Source of the DNA: Rhodospirillales bacterium | GTDB lineage: Bacteria > Pseudomonadota > Alphaproteobacteria > Bin95 | Direction: 5' to 3' | DNA length: 64,000 nt | NCBI GenBank assembly: GCA_038143065.1 | Contig: JAYQLI010000038.1 | Span: 1-64,000 of the forward strand | In this document: in pieces, positions 25,875 through 38,152 of the stretch | How the letters are laid out: every line of letters starts with the position of its first letter | Numbering within the stretch: position 1 is the stretch's first letter | Made by a program: the position numbers and the translations under genes | Notes under the pieces: generated by a model | Told to the model about the DNA's origin: nothing | The model's database searches: none | Seen by the model: only the letters and a program-made list of their open reading frames with translations

Positions 25875-27377
25875 ATGAAGAACGAACCACTTCTAAATCC
25901 ATTTAAACCAAGTTGATAATGTCGCTGTTGTAGCTAACGATCTTGGCCTGCCTAAAGGTACAGTTCTGACAGGTGGTTTGACACTTGCGAAAGTATTCCA
26001 CAAGGACATAAGATTGTTTTGACAGATTTAGCACCAGGTGATCCAGTCGTTCGATACGGGGTGTTAATTGCATTTGCTTTACAGTCTATTCCTCGCTGGT
26101 GGCTTGGTTAATGAAAAAACACAATCTTACCTGTTGCACCTGAAATAGACGCTTTGCCGATGTCAACAAATTTAGTTGATTTGGGGCCTGCGTTAAGCGG
26201 TGCAACATTTCAGGGATATTTGAATACTAACGGCAGTGTTGGCACTCGAAACCTTCTTGCTATTTCAACTACTGTTCAATGCGTATCGGGGATTGTCGAT
26301 CATGCCGTAAGTCGCATACGCACTGAAATTTTACCGAACTATCCCAATGTAAATGGTATTTTAGGGATTGAACATGTCTATGGTTGTGGTGTTGCGATTG
26401 AGGCCAAAGATTCAGTGATACCCATTCGTACATTGCATAATATTGCTTTGAATCCAAATTTTGGAGGCGAAGTCATGATGGTTAGCCTTGGTTGTGGTGT
26501 TGCAACCTGATCGATTATTTCCGGAATTAGGTGATGTTTCGATGCGGCTTCAGGATCAAACTGACTTGACGCGATGGTGCGGCATCATGGAAAGCCGAGG
26601 ATCATTTGGCACGTTTGAATTTAAGAAGACGTGAGACTTGTCCAGCTGAAGCTTTAATTGTGGGAATGCAATGTGGTGGCTCAGACGCTTTGTCAGGGGT
26701 TACTGCAAACCCTGCCTTAGGGGTTGCTAGCGATATGCTGGTCCGTGCGGGAGCTACGGTAATGTTTTCGGAAAATACTGAAGTTAGAGACGGGATTGCT
26801 CAACTTACATCAAGAGCTGCCACACCTAAAATTGCGCGTGAATTGATTAGTGAACTTACATGGTACGACGAATATCTGCCTCGCAGCGATGTAGATCGCG
26901 CTGCCAATACCACACCTGGAAATAAAGCTGGTGGTTTGTCAAATATTGTAGAGAAAGCGATGGGCTCTATCGCTAAATCTGGAAGTGCACCCATATCGGG
27001 CGTAATTCCTCCAGGTGAACGCGCCACAAAACAGGTTTAAATTATGCAGCGACGCCCGCAAGCGATTTTGTTTGTGGTACGTTGCAACCTGCCGCGGGAG
27101 CTACTGTACATCTTTTCACTACTGGGCGTGGAAACACCATACAGTCTTGAAGCGATGCCAACCATCAAAGTAGCAACTAATAACAATTTGGCTCAACGTT
27201 GGCATGACCTAATTGATGTAAACGCAGGCCCCATCGCAAATGGAGAAAAACCCTCTGAAGAGGTTGGACAACAATTATTTGACAAGATCTTGCAGTAGCA
27301 TCAGGCGAAAAACTTGGGCTGAAAAGCACGATACGCATAATTCTATTGCCTTATTCAATCCAGCACCGATCACATGA
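25875..27377 (+). CDS. garD: Galactarate dehydratase (UxaA/GarD family, frameshifted)
   Basis: SAF domain, [29 protein letters not shown] and [11 protein letters not shown] motifs. Confidence 0.8.
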
Positions 27378-28693
27378 TGCGGCCTCAATTAAATGCTGAA
27401 GAGGCAGTCAAGTTTGATAAAAACGAAGTATTAGGAAAAGAGAAGGATAAGCCCAGACCTAGAAGATACATTTGTTATTATGTTGGAGCATCCAAAAGTG
27501 GCGAGAAACGATCTTTCACGCTGCAGTCGGCATTTGACGCCGCGATTTGGGCAGCTCGTGAAGAGGCTATTCATGTATCAATATTTTTAGAAGATGGAAA
27601 TCATGAAGGCCCAGCGATTTTGCCGAAGATTGATGGCCTAACGGTTGCATTAAATGGAGATAATCCAGACGCCTGCATATTTTCATCTAACATTCACGCC
27701 AGAGTTACAGGAAAGGAATATTTTGATAGATTTGGTTTCTTGTTTAATGACAGTCCACCAGAAGTGAAGGAAATATTCCATGAAATCATCTCATATAACC
27801 AAATTGGTACTGGAAACAGCAGTGTTCTGCGAATAGCGCTGCCTGACACTAAATTGTCGGGATTTACAATTGAAAATACTTACAATTGCGATCGAACCCA
27901 AGATTACCCCCAGAGCCGGGTGCCTTGCGGAACGAAAAAGGTCAATGGTCAGACGAAACACACCAGGCAGTTGCTTTGATGCTTGAAAATGCAGATGCCT
28001 CCGAATGTTATAATTTGCGTTTGAGTAGTTATCAGGACACGTTATATCTGCAACAGGCACCGTGTTGCGTGAAAGCGGCTTACTATTTTAGTAATTGTGT
28101 GATTGAAGGAGACATTGATTTCATATTTGGACCGGCAACTGGCTATTTTGATAAATGTGAAGTTCGAACCCTTGGTGGGAGGTCACAAAATAGCTGGGTT
28201 ACAGCCGCAAGTACTTCAATAAATAATTCTTGGGTTCGTATTTAAAGATTGTCGTTTCACAAATGATGGGCGTGGCGCTTGTGCAAATAGTCGGTTCAAG
28301 CTGGGTCGGTATTGGTTCTCTGGGGTCAGGTTGACCCCTTATAGAACGTTGCAAGAAACTAGCTTCATTTGCCGTTTAGGTGATGAAAACCGATTTTCCA
28401 AATCCACCGGATATATAACTCAGCAAACTCTATTTTCGGTAGGACGATGTTATTCTTGGGTCACATATTGGCAATCATATCGATAGTATTGCTCCATGGG
28501 ACGACTGGAAGGGGTCGGAATTTCTGGCTGACGGAACATTTTCGCACCGCAGTTGGTCGCCATGGTTTCGGCCGGTCCAATTTAGGTTTCTGACATTCAT
28601 AAAAATTTAATTGATTGGTGTGACTACAAGAGATTGAATTTTAAAAAAACTAATGAAAATGTACTGATCGGGGAATTTCAAAACCAGCCATGA
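27374..28693 (+). CDS. Pectinesterase-like (CE8/YbhC) protein (frameshifted)
   Basis: HQAVAL, SYQDTLY, EGDIDFIFG and LGRYWF (LGRPW-like) motifs. Confidence 0.75.
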
Positions 28694-28783
28694 GATCATC
28701 CAACGTGCTATTATGATGAACTTTATAGAGAAACAAGCTGTATGCGGGGCGGCGAAACTGTCAATACGAGAATGGACAGTAGC

Positions 28784-29075
28784 TCATTTATATGGAGTAT
28801 CAGGCGGGAACGGTATTCCATAAAGGAACTTTTTGAGTTTAGCATCGTTTTCATCGCTATACCAAAAGCCATAGCTGGGGCGTTGTTTTGAAACAAGTCC
28901 TGCTAAATGATTAACACCCCAGAGCATTGCCTGATAGTTCGCGTCCATTTTGTCCTGACAGCCCATTATGTAGCCGTAATAGCCTTCGATAGAATCCGCC
29001 ACATTTTGCAATGCGTCGACTAGCGGTTGAGCTTCTTCGCGCAAGTCACTGTGCACTGAAAGTTGTAATTTGGCC
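28784..29075 (-). CDS. Hypothetical protein of element B
   Basis: ORF MAKLQLSVHSDLREE... co-oriented with the replication module. Confidence 0.45.
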
Positions 29076-29111
29076 ATTTTCTTGTCCCCAATGTTTGTGT
29101 GTTGCGTTTGT

Positions 29112-29456
29112 TCAATTCGGATACCACTTAGCGCGAAATCCATCCTCACTATTCGACCACTGCCGTCGTCTAATCCATCCGAGTTTTCGGAGAGCAGAAG
29201 CAAGCTCGCCCACGTGTGGCATGCCACCTTTTCGACCTTTCATGCGCACTTGCAGCTCTAGCAGGCTCAGCCCATTAGCTTGCGTTTTAAGAGAGATCGT
29301 ATCCAACACTTTTTGTAAGCGCGCATGTAGTGGGGAAAGCTTCGTAACTTCCTCACGATAGAGCAAAATTTGGCGGTTTGGGCCTTGCTGGTAGGAAACC
29401 AGAGCTGACAAAAGGCTGTCGGTGAAGTTTTTAGTGTCTCGTGATGAGTCGTCCAT
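29112..29456 (-). CDS. Hypothetical protein, possibly winged-helix
   Basis: RBS AGGAGG; ELASALRKLGWIRRR motif; downstream of the primase-helicase. Confidence 0.6.
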   Translation of the reverse strand: MDDSSRDTKNFTDSLLSALVSYQQGPNRQILLYREEVTKLSPLHARLQKVLDTISLKTQANGLSLLELQVRMKGRKGGMPHVGELASALRKLGWIRRRQWSNSEDGFRAKWYPN

Positions 29457-29570
29457 TTTCGCCTCCTGTTGTGATTTTTATCGAGCGCAACGCGCACCGA
29501 CATCATAGTGTTATAATATAACAAAATGCGAGCAATTTGAATCCCAATTATACGTTCTATTTAAGGTTAA

Positions 29571-29766
29571 TGCCTCAACTTATGGAACCAATACAAACAA
29601 GGTGAGGCAGCTAATTGTATATTAAAAATGGTGCGTTAGTGCCTTTGCCTCAGATGCCTCAGTTAAAATAAAACAACTCGAGAAAGGAATAAGAAAGCTA
29701 CAGCACGGTACAGTAAACAATGTGTAGATTTTCTTGATTAACTGAGGCAAGTGAGGCAATGAGGCA
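29571..29766. repeat. Iteron array, putative replication origin of element B
   Basis: TGCCTCA at 29571, 29646, 29655; TGAGGCA at 29603, 29743, 29752, 29760; AT-rich spacers. Confidence 0.7.
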
Positions 29767-29892
29767 AAACAAAAACACCGCTTGCACATCATCGATATTT
29801 TCGACTTAATTTTTGCATTTTCCTTTGCCAGTTCGGTTTCCGAGGAAATGGCCCATTTATCGTGGTTGCTAAGTGATAGGACGCGGATTTTG

Positions 29893-32225
29893 TTACCCTT
29901 TTGTAGTCCTGATTTGTTTGAGAGATTTTGCACCAAGTCGGATAGCTGCCCTTCGAACTGCGGCCGGTGATGGATTCTGCGTCGGATACAGAGCGACGTA
30001 CAAACCGAGTAGTTGCTGACTGGATGCAACCTCGGAACCAACGAGGTGGGCTGGATTTGAGAAAACGTCCGTGATCCATTCTTCCAACGCGCTTAGGCTT
30101 TCTCCAATCATTTGCACTTTAGAGCTTGTAAGCGGCGCTGGGGCGGTTGGCAGAAACTCATCGAGGTCGACATTATTGAGCAGATGACAAAGCAAGGCTT
30201 CAAGGCCGCCATTGTCGCGCCATTCAACAAAACTTCGATAAAAGCTTTGCTCAAGGGGCTGTGCGGTGACCTCATGAACGAAAAAACGACGGTCCTCTTT
30301 ATCGATGTGAATTGCATCATCATGGTTTGACAAAAAGACAAAGCTTGCAAAGTTTTCGACTGAATATTCAGGTTGGTGCTTTTCGTTAATGGTTACACTC
30401 GTACCAGTGATTAAGACCTTAAGCTGATCAGTTTCAACACGCCGGTCAGATGTCAAAACTTCATCGCCAATGACGAGTACCTTGTTCTTTAGCCAACCAT
30501 TAAAGTCGCGCTTCAAATCGCTTTGCGTGATCGTTTGGGAGTGATTAGATCCAATAATATCCCTGATACACTCAAAGAGTAGGTTCTTACCGACACCTTG
30601 GTTACGGCTCCAGACCAGTAAAGCGGTGTTCATTTTGTTACCTGGATATTTAAGCTTGAACGCAAGCCACCGCATTACATAATCTCGCTCTGAGGCGTTG
30701 GGAAACATGTGCTCTGAAAGCTTTAGGAAAGGGCTGATATCTCCTTTTGCAGGTGTTTTCTCAAGGCCGGTCCACAAGTTAATTGCATTACGAGAAGTAA
30801 TTTCACCTTCCGTTGGATCAAAGACAATGTCACGATGTGAACGGCGGTCACGGTGACCCATCCAAGCTTTTGATTTAGGCATAACCTTTGGCTTGTCTTC
30901 GGAGCCAACGCTTAAAAGATCATTTTGGTATTGAAGGTGCAGTTTGCTCGGCTCAATGAAGTCTTCAAACTCAAAGCGGTAGATGCTTTGTTGCTTTTCA
31001 ACCCACGCATATCTGCTGTTTAACTCGGTCAGCCAGGATTTTGTGTTTAGGGCTCCTACGGGCTTTTTACCGTCTGGTTCTGTTTCCTTGAGTTGTACAG
31101 CCTCGCCTTGAATTGAGCGCGCTTTCTGTGCGCTATTTTCATCCGCAACGGACATTCCCCCCTCACGAGCCATGTAGAACAGAGAGCCGAGTGTTTTTTT
31201 ACTATTTTGGTCTCGCGATGCGTCGCGTTTAAGCGCTTCATGGTAACGTTGCTCGGTGTCGTCGAAGCAATAACTACACATTTCAGGCGTCAGTGACATG
31301 CTAGTTTTATTACATGCTGCATAGAGTTCACCCGAAGCCCATTGATGTGCAATTTGGCGACCTCCTTCACCCAATTCTGTGGCAAGAATACTGGTCACAT
31401 CGAACCAATTGTGGCGAGTTCGCGGGTCAATGTATGGAAGGCATTCTTGGACGCGCAGCATTTTGTCTGCTGTAAATATGTTGATATCTAGGGGCGAATT
31501 AACATGGGGCGGGCGTGGTCCTAGTTGCCAATCTTTGTCTCTAATGGTCACGTTTAGTGATTTCGCCGGTGACGCTCTCAATGCATAATTTGATTGCGCA
31601 ATTTGTTGAATAATTGGTTTACGATCGATCCATTGATCAGGAGTAATCTGTAGCCCTGGTGAATTCACTATAGTCACCAAAAATGGCGTACCGATTAGCC
31701 CCTTTTTCTTATTCACCTTTTGGTGGGGAAGCCAGGTAAACGCATGATGCGGGTTAAGTCATTGATTGATTTGTCAGTATCCCAAGCTTCAATCATCTGA
31801 ATTTGCGCTTCTTTAAACTCAGCGAGCGGACAATCTTTGACAAGCCAATAGTTGTGATAGCGGCCAGGACTTGTCTCTACGACAATGTGTGGCGAATATT
31901 CATCAATGGGCTCTTGAGGAGCCCCATCCGTATCAACAAAAATCGCTCGGACGCGTTTTATATTGGCCTCTTTACGTCCACTAAAATCAGTTTCGTTTAT
32001 TGTGACAAAGACCCCAGCACCCTGTTTGGAAAGTGATGTTAGAGTTTGCCAATGCTTTTCAAGGCTTCCATGAAGCACTTTGTTCAATTTAGCAGACTTA
32101 CGATCGTGATTATCATCCAGCGTTTGAAAGGTGAATGCGGTAGCCTTTGGGTCCAAGAGTTGGAGAAAGCGCTTGGCCATCTCTAAGTCTGGGGCCATTG
32201 GCGAGTTTTTGACATGCTGTGTCAT
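29893..32225 (-). CDS. Primase-helicase (RepB-type primase + PriCT-2 + DUF5906/SF3 helicase); probably one gene split by indels, true 3' end probably near 29750
   Basis: AIFVDTD/ETSPGRYHNYW/RIMRLPG primase motifs; WFDV...W PriCT-2; QGVGKN Walker A, IGDE, FLSN. Confidence 0.85.
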
Positions 32226-32285
32226 GTGTCTGTTCCTTTCGGGAGGCAACACAAATTTAGGCCACGAAAGTGACGTCAAACTTGG

Positions 32286-32550
32286 TTACTGAATGTTCTT
32301 GTGTTTGTTAGGGCTTAGTTGCCGTTGAGATACGCGCGGACATCTCCAACGCGCCATCGGCTTGAGCTCTTGCCTAGACGCAGGGGCTTTACCAAGTAGC
32401 CCAGTTGTATGTCGCGGTAGATTGAAGATCGACTTCGTGATGCGAGCGTAGCTTACCATTTTTAGGTCAATCAGAGCGTCATTTGGAAGTGCCTCAAAAG
32501 TTCGAATACAATCTAAGTGCACAGCCAATTTATTTAGGTTTTGGTCCATT
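32286..32550 (-). CDS. AlpA family excisionase (frameshifted)
   Basis: FEALPNDALIDLK...SRSSIYR...SSRWRVGDVR across frames; adjacent to the integrase. Confidence 0.7.
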
Positions 32551-32789
32551 TTCATGGCCTCCAATTTAGTTCAACTGTGGGAAGGCAAGCTTGCTAAGCT
32601 CCAGCATTATCTGGTCAGCTTGGCTAATTCCGCGATGCGGTAGGAATGGGTGTGCAGCAAAGCGCCCATGTATTTGCCTGTCTGTATTGTGCCAGATAGA
32701 CCCAGAAAATGTCAATATGAAGTATTCAATATTTTTAGGTTGACTAAATCTTGTGCTTAACGGAAGTTTTCGAAAAAATCTTCAATCCC

Positions 32790-34020
32790 TTAATGCGATG
32801 AACGTATCTGGATGACAGCGCCCGGAGCATCGATGGCTCGTTCGCAATATTCTGCCCAAGCAGCCATTAACTTTCGGCGTTTTTCCATCAGCGTTCCTCT
32901 TGCATATGCGGCTTCGGCCTTATCCTTGAGTTGATGCGCAAGCGCGTGCTCAATGACCTCTCGGGAATGCTGTCGTTTCGCCAGCCCAGTCTCGGAAAGT
33001 ACTTCTGAAACCATGAGTCGTGACTGGCACTTCCATGCGCTTCAGAACTGCACCAAGTGTCATGTCAGACAAAACCCCACCTTGCGCTGCTTTAAACACG
33101 ATTTCATTACCTTTTCCCTGTGGGATTTCCGTCAGAATTTCGACCGCACGATCTGAGAGCGGGACGCGATGCTCTTTACGCGCTTTCATTCGTTCCGCGG
33201 GAATTACCCATTCGCGCTTTTTCAGATCAAATTCTTGCCACGTCGCTCCACGAACTTCTCCTGAACGTGCAGATGTCAGAATGAGGAACTCTAGAGCAAT
33301 TGCCGCTGTCCCTTTGCGCTCTCTCAGTCGTTTAATGAATGCTTCAATTTCATGATACGGCAGTGCTGGGTGATGTTTCACGACGCGGATCTTAGAAATG
33401 GAAGGTAGCGCGTTCTCTAAATTCCCCTGCCATCGAGCAGGATTTTCGCCATCTCGGTGTCCATGTACCTTAGCCCAGTCTAAAACCTTTTCTATCCGGC
33501 CACGTGTGCGTTTAGCCGTCTCGGGCGTTTTGTGCCAAATAGGCTTAAGAACCTCTAAGACATGGGCCAATTCGATGTCGTCCACTGCGAGATTACCCAA
33601 GACTGGCAGAGCATGTGTTCGAAGGGTATTTTCCCATTGTTGCCGATGTTTGGCATTGCCCCATTCGGATTGCTTGTCTTCCAGAAACTGACGACAGGCA
33701 TCCACAAAAAGTAAGCGCTTGCGTTGCGCTGCTCGCAACTCATCGTTACGGACTTTGCGTTCCTCGATCGGATCTATCCCAGCTGCAATCTTGCTTCGTA
33801 GTTGCCGAGCAGCTTCGCGTGCCATTGCTAGCGTAACTCCTGGATAACCACCTAAGCCGATATCTCTAACCTTATCTGCGATCTTAACCCGCAATATCCA
33901 AGAGCGCGCTCGCCCTCGGATTTGTAATCCAAGTCCTGGAACGACGCCGACAGCGTTAAATCCAGTTTTGTTAAGGCGCGAAACTTCGAGCGCAGACAGT
34001 TCTTTTGCGATCTTTGGCAT
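32790..34020 (-). CDS. P4-like tyrosine integrase of element B (one frameshift)
   Basis: GLGGYPGVTLAMAR, KHRQQWENTL, ARSGEVR, HGFRSTFRDW and LAH...AAYARG motifs. Confidence 0.92.
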
Positions 34021-34193
34021 TACCCAATATCCTACCCATTATAAAAATTGAGATTGGCTGAGACGCCGTGATACAGTATGTGACAGCTTTTATTTAATAT
34101 AACACATAAAAACAGTAACTTAAATATTAAATAAAGTGTTCATATGACTACACATGAGCTTATATATACTCAGATAAGTTAGATGCAGGGGGA

Positions 34194-34315
34194 CACCTCC
34201 TCCGCCACTTAGCCCAATACCAACAGGGCCAGACCTAACAAGTAAGCATCAGATAATACTCAGCTTTTAAACTAGGCGCTCATTGTGCCGCATCTGATTA
34301 CTGACCATTATGCAG
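34194..34315 (+). repeat. Left copy of ~120-bp inverted repeat containing a tRNA(Ser-like) 3' end
   Basis: CACCTCCTCCGCCA...CTGACCATTATGCAG is the reverse complement of 35529-35649 with a few differences. Confidence 0.9.
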
Positions 34316-35565
34316 ACCAAATTACTGACCAATCGAATCACTTACACGTTTATTCGGGGCGGCTATTACTATTTTTCCCGACGAGTTCCCGCTGATTTGC
34401 AGGGCCATTATCGCTACCCTCGTGTCGTCCAAGGGCTTCATACATCCTCCCCACAAAAAGCTCGGGTTCGGGCGAGTATTGAAGCAGCTAAGCTTGATGC
34501 CTACTGGAGCCAAATGCGCCGAGCTAGGGTCTGATGTCCTTCGAGGTTTTGTCACTCGTTAAGGGGCTACAGATGCCCCAAAGAGAGTTAACGACGGCGG
34601 ATACTTCTAGTCCTGCTGCAATTGTTGGTCAGCCTGAAGATGCACCAACATTACTCGATGCTTTGCAATTATATTTAGGTCAAAGGGTAAGGGTCGCCCG
34701 AAAACATTTCGGTTAGCTGCAGAACGAGTGTGCAGATACGTTATTGAACTGGCAGTGGGAATAAGCCTTTGACGTCATATACTCGTAGCGATGCTCTAAC
34801 ATTGAGGGATTGGCTTGTAGATCGTGGCTTAACTGGCTCCAGCGTCACTCGTAACTTCTCCTATGTGAAAGCGATCATAAATTTTGCCCTTTCAGAATTT
34901 GCTTTGGATGCCCGAAAACCATTCATTGGTGTGTATCATGATCGAACAGCAGGGGTATCCACTCGCAAACCAATTCCTGTTGCTAATATTTTCAAAGTAC
35001 AGCAGGAAAATGCAGGACGATAGATGATGATATGCGCTGGTTGGTCGCCCTGATTTCGGACACTGGTATGCGGCTTGCTGAAGGGGCAGGGTTGTTTAAA
35101 GTCTGATCTTCGAAAATTAGACACTGATATCCTTGCGTCCGTATCCAAAAGCACAATTGGCGAAACCTAAAGACCGCCAGCAGTGAACGTATCATACCCC
35201 TTTGCGGTCAAGTTTTTATGGGCTGCTGAACGAATAGTTGGATCAGACCCAAACTCTCAGTTTGCTTTTCCAAGATATAATCAGCAGGAAACTACGAACG
35301 CCAATTCCGCCAGTGCTGCATTAAACAAATGGCTTAAGCAATATGTACCAATCGGATGTACGTTGCACAGTTTCAGACACTCGATGCGGGACATTTTTCG
35401 ATCAGTTCAATGTCCATCCGACATTGCGGACCAAGTAGGTGGTTGGACAACCGATGGAGTAGGGCAGGGGTATGGCTCAGGTTATCCGCTCGATGTGCTG
35501 CATGGGGGAGTGGATGGAAAAGGCAATCCTGCATAATGGTCAGTACTCAGATGCGGCACAATGAG
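34310..35565 (+). CDS. DUF6538-domain tyrosine recombinase (multiple frameshifts)
   Basis: RGGYYYFSRRVPADL N-terminus; DTGMRLAE, RNLKT..S.R.IP, HSFRHSMRD, GGW and GYG.GY motifs. Confidence 0.85.
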
Positions 35566-35649
35566 CGCCTAGTTTAAAAGCTGAGTATTATCTGATGCTT
35601 ACTTGGGGAGTGGCCCTGTTGGTATTGGGCTAGAGTGGCGGAGGAGGTG
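35529..35649 (-). repeat. Right copy of ~120-bp inverted repeat containing a tRNA 3' end
   Basis: Reverse complement matches 34194-34315. Confidence 0.9.
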
Positions 35650-36077
35650 GGATGTCGACGCCCCCCGCTCTCCGTCAGCAAGCAGCTAACACTCTGATAT
35701 TATTGATAGCAGCATTATGAGTTCATAGCAATGAGGCGCAAAATTGTCAGTAATTTGGTCTTGTAACGCAGGATTACCCCTGCGAGTGCCACCCCACCCC
35801 TAGGGTTATCGTAGACAGGCCTGATCCAAGATTAGGATTTGAGTATCGTCAACTGGCTGCATCAGGCTATTTCATTGGGACTTGACGGTTTTGCCTGTGC
35901 GGTAGGGTGACTGGTCCTGTGGCATCGTGCTGGCGGCTACTAAACCGATATATGATACTACTGTTGGGTGTTGATATTCCCAGGATATCGTTATCTTAGC
36001 ATTAGCGAGGGCTAGGCATGGGCCACAGGGGTGTACGAGGTAAGAATATATGACCTCTGCCAGTGATTAGCCATGTA

Positions 36078-36210
36078 AGCCTGTAAACCACTTTAGGCTA
36101 AGTTTCGGGGTTAGATGACCGCCTTGTTGATCCTTAAAGGGTCAATGGTTCCTATAGAGATATATAGGAACCTGACCCATTAACGGTATTACTCCCCGAA
36201 ACTTCAGGCT
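36078..36210. other. Long imperfect hairpin in non-coding DNA
   Basis: Nested stems AAGTTTCGGGG/CCCCGAAACTT, GGGTCA/TGACCC and GGTTCCTATA/TATAGGAACC. Confidence 0.7.
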
Positions 36211-36703
36211 CAGGCCCGATAGAGATACTCAACTGGTTTTCGTGATCACTTGAAGCTTTGCTGATGGTACGAACCGCATATCTACGTTGATAAATCCATT
36301 TAAAAGGCTCGACGGAGGACTAGCCAAAATGACTTTGGCCTATTAATAATGAGTTTCGGCCGAGTGCAATAGTCAGTCAGAATTTCGTAATCATGATTAT
36401 CTCATATCCTAGAATGAAACAGCTTAAAGGTGTGTTTTTTGGTGCGATCAGATAATTATGGAACAAAAAATCCAGAAAAATGTAATGACTAAATATCCTC
36501 GCTGCAGGATTAAATCTTTGTACAAGTATCATGGTTTTATTGTCGATGCTAACAGCCGATATCATCAATCGCATGGAGACACGTGGATACACAAGCCATC
36601 GAAACATCTACAACATTGTTCTTGTGCGCTTTGATTGCCGGGATGAAAGATGGATCGAAACACAGAATTGTAATAAACAAATCAGGCGTTTGCTGATTGA
36701 AAA

Positions 36704-36940
36704 TATGAAAATTTTAAACAAAGTTTTTGGGGTTGCAAAAGTTTTGACACGAATACTTTGATGTTGATGGTGACGGCGAATTAAGCGCTTCAGAACGCAA
36801 TAATGCCATAAGTAAGATACTTGAGAAGATCGATACCGATGGTGATGGTCAGTTAAGTGCAGATGAACGGAACACTGCTAGAAGCATTGCCGTACGTGAA
36901 AAAATTCGTGAAAGGCTCTCCAACTGGTGTAACAATTAAT
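36704..36940 (+). CDS. Small EF-hand domain protein (frameshifted; start uncertain)
   Basis: FDVDGDGELSASER and IDTDGDGQLSADER, two canonical EF-hand loops in one frame. Confidence 0.65.
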
Positions 36941-38152
36941 GCTGTCACAGTCGAGGTTGACCAGTATTGGACGCTTTCACCTCATGGAATTTCGACAATA
37001 AAGGTAAAGTGACATTTGTTTGGTGCTGTGGTGTGAAACTATGTATCAGCAATGATGTTTCAGGCAAAGAAACTGACCTAACTTCGAAATGATAAAATTG
37101 CTTGTTTACTGCATTCCCTTGTTCCATTTTCCGTTGACTTTTTATCCAGGTGATCAAATGCGCCTGGAAAGTTAGTCGCGCTCCCACATTTTTGCACCAA
37201 TGAATTTGCGCTTATGATTTGCATCGGTTTGTGTGTCGAAGAATGAGTTCATGAAGATCTTATCCGACAACTATAACCTAGTTAATTGCTGAACCAGCTC
37301 GATTAGCCTGCCAGGGGCGCTTTCCATCGGCATTGAAATATTTTTAAAGAATGGGGCCTTTTGAAGCTGATAAATCTTGCGCTCTTAACAATCAAGCGCA
37401 ATCCATTTCAGCATTGCTGAGATTAGGCAGACGAAGCAAAGTACCATAAAGACCAGTCTAGAGCTATATACAGAAAAGCAGGTGTAGCATCGTTCTCAAC
37501 TAGTGAGTTTGCTAATCGAAGAACTACTAAAAAATGGCGTGGGAATTACTGCGTCTATTCAATTTCAAAACACAACAAATTCGGATGAATCAATGCCAAA
37601 TTATCTTGGATGCTTTTCATGAAAATACTTACTTGAAGCTTGCGCTGCTCCAAGCGTTAACCCCAAAAATCTTAGAAATTACGGAGAGTGATGCAACGGC
37701 AGGTAAGTCTGTGATAGAACATGAGCAAGAAAAATATATTTGCGGGTCAAAAGGTGGTTATTTTTCGACAACTCTTGGTTGCTTCGAATAATTAATCGCC
37801 AATTATCGCCTATTGGCCCCTAAAGTTTTGGCTAAATAAAGCTGGCATTAGAAGGTGTAGAATTATATCAGTAACTTTTGTTTCCTGAAGGCGGTTAGTC
37901 TGATAAAAATCTTGTCTATGACGTGTCGTATTAACCTTCTGAACTCCGTAAACTTACATCCCTCACCAAACCTTCTGCGGTCCCTGATTTAGACGTGCAG
38001 CCGTTTAAAATCGGCAAAGACTTCGTTGTTGTAGAAGGCCAGTATCTGATTTGAAAAGCCTCGCCAACTTGAGGATACGTTTGAATGAGACCCACTCAGG
38101 CGATCATAAGCTGAGGTCACTGATCGGGGCGGGCAAAAAAACCATGTATCTC

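Noticed and set aside
28784-34020. Complete prophage or conjugative ICE
   Set aside because: No structural, terminase, lysis, relaxase or T4SS genes in the window.
34185-34210. Intact tRNA gene (also checked at 8.6 and 35.65 kb)
   Set aside because: Only the last ~8-22 nt resemble tRNA; there is no D-arm, anticodon arm or 5' acceptor strand.
36945-38100. Short ORFs as genes or a defence system
   Set aside because: No recognisable motifs in any frame; cannot be supported.
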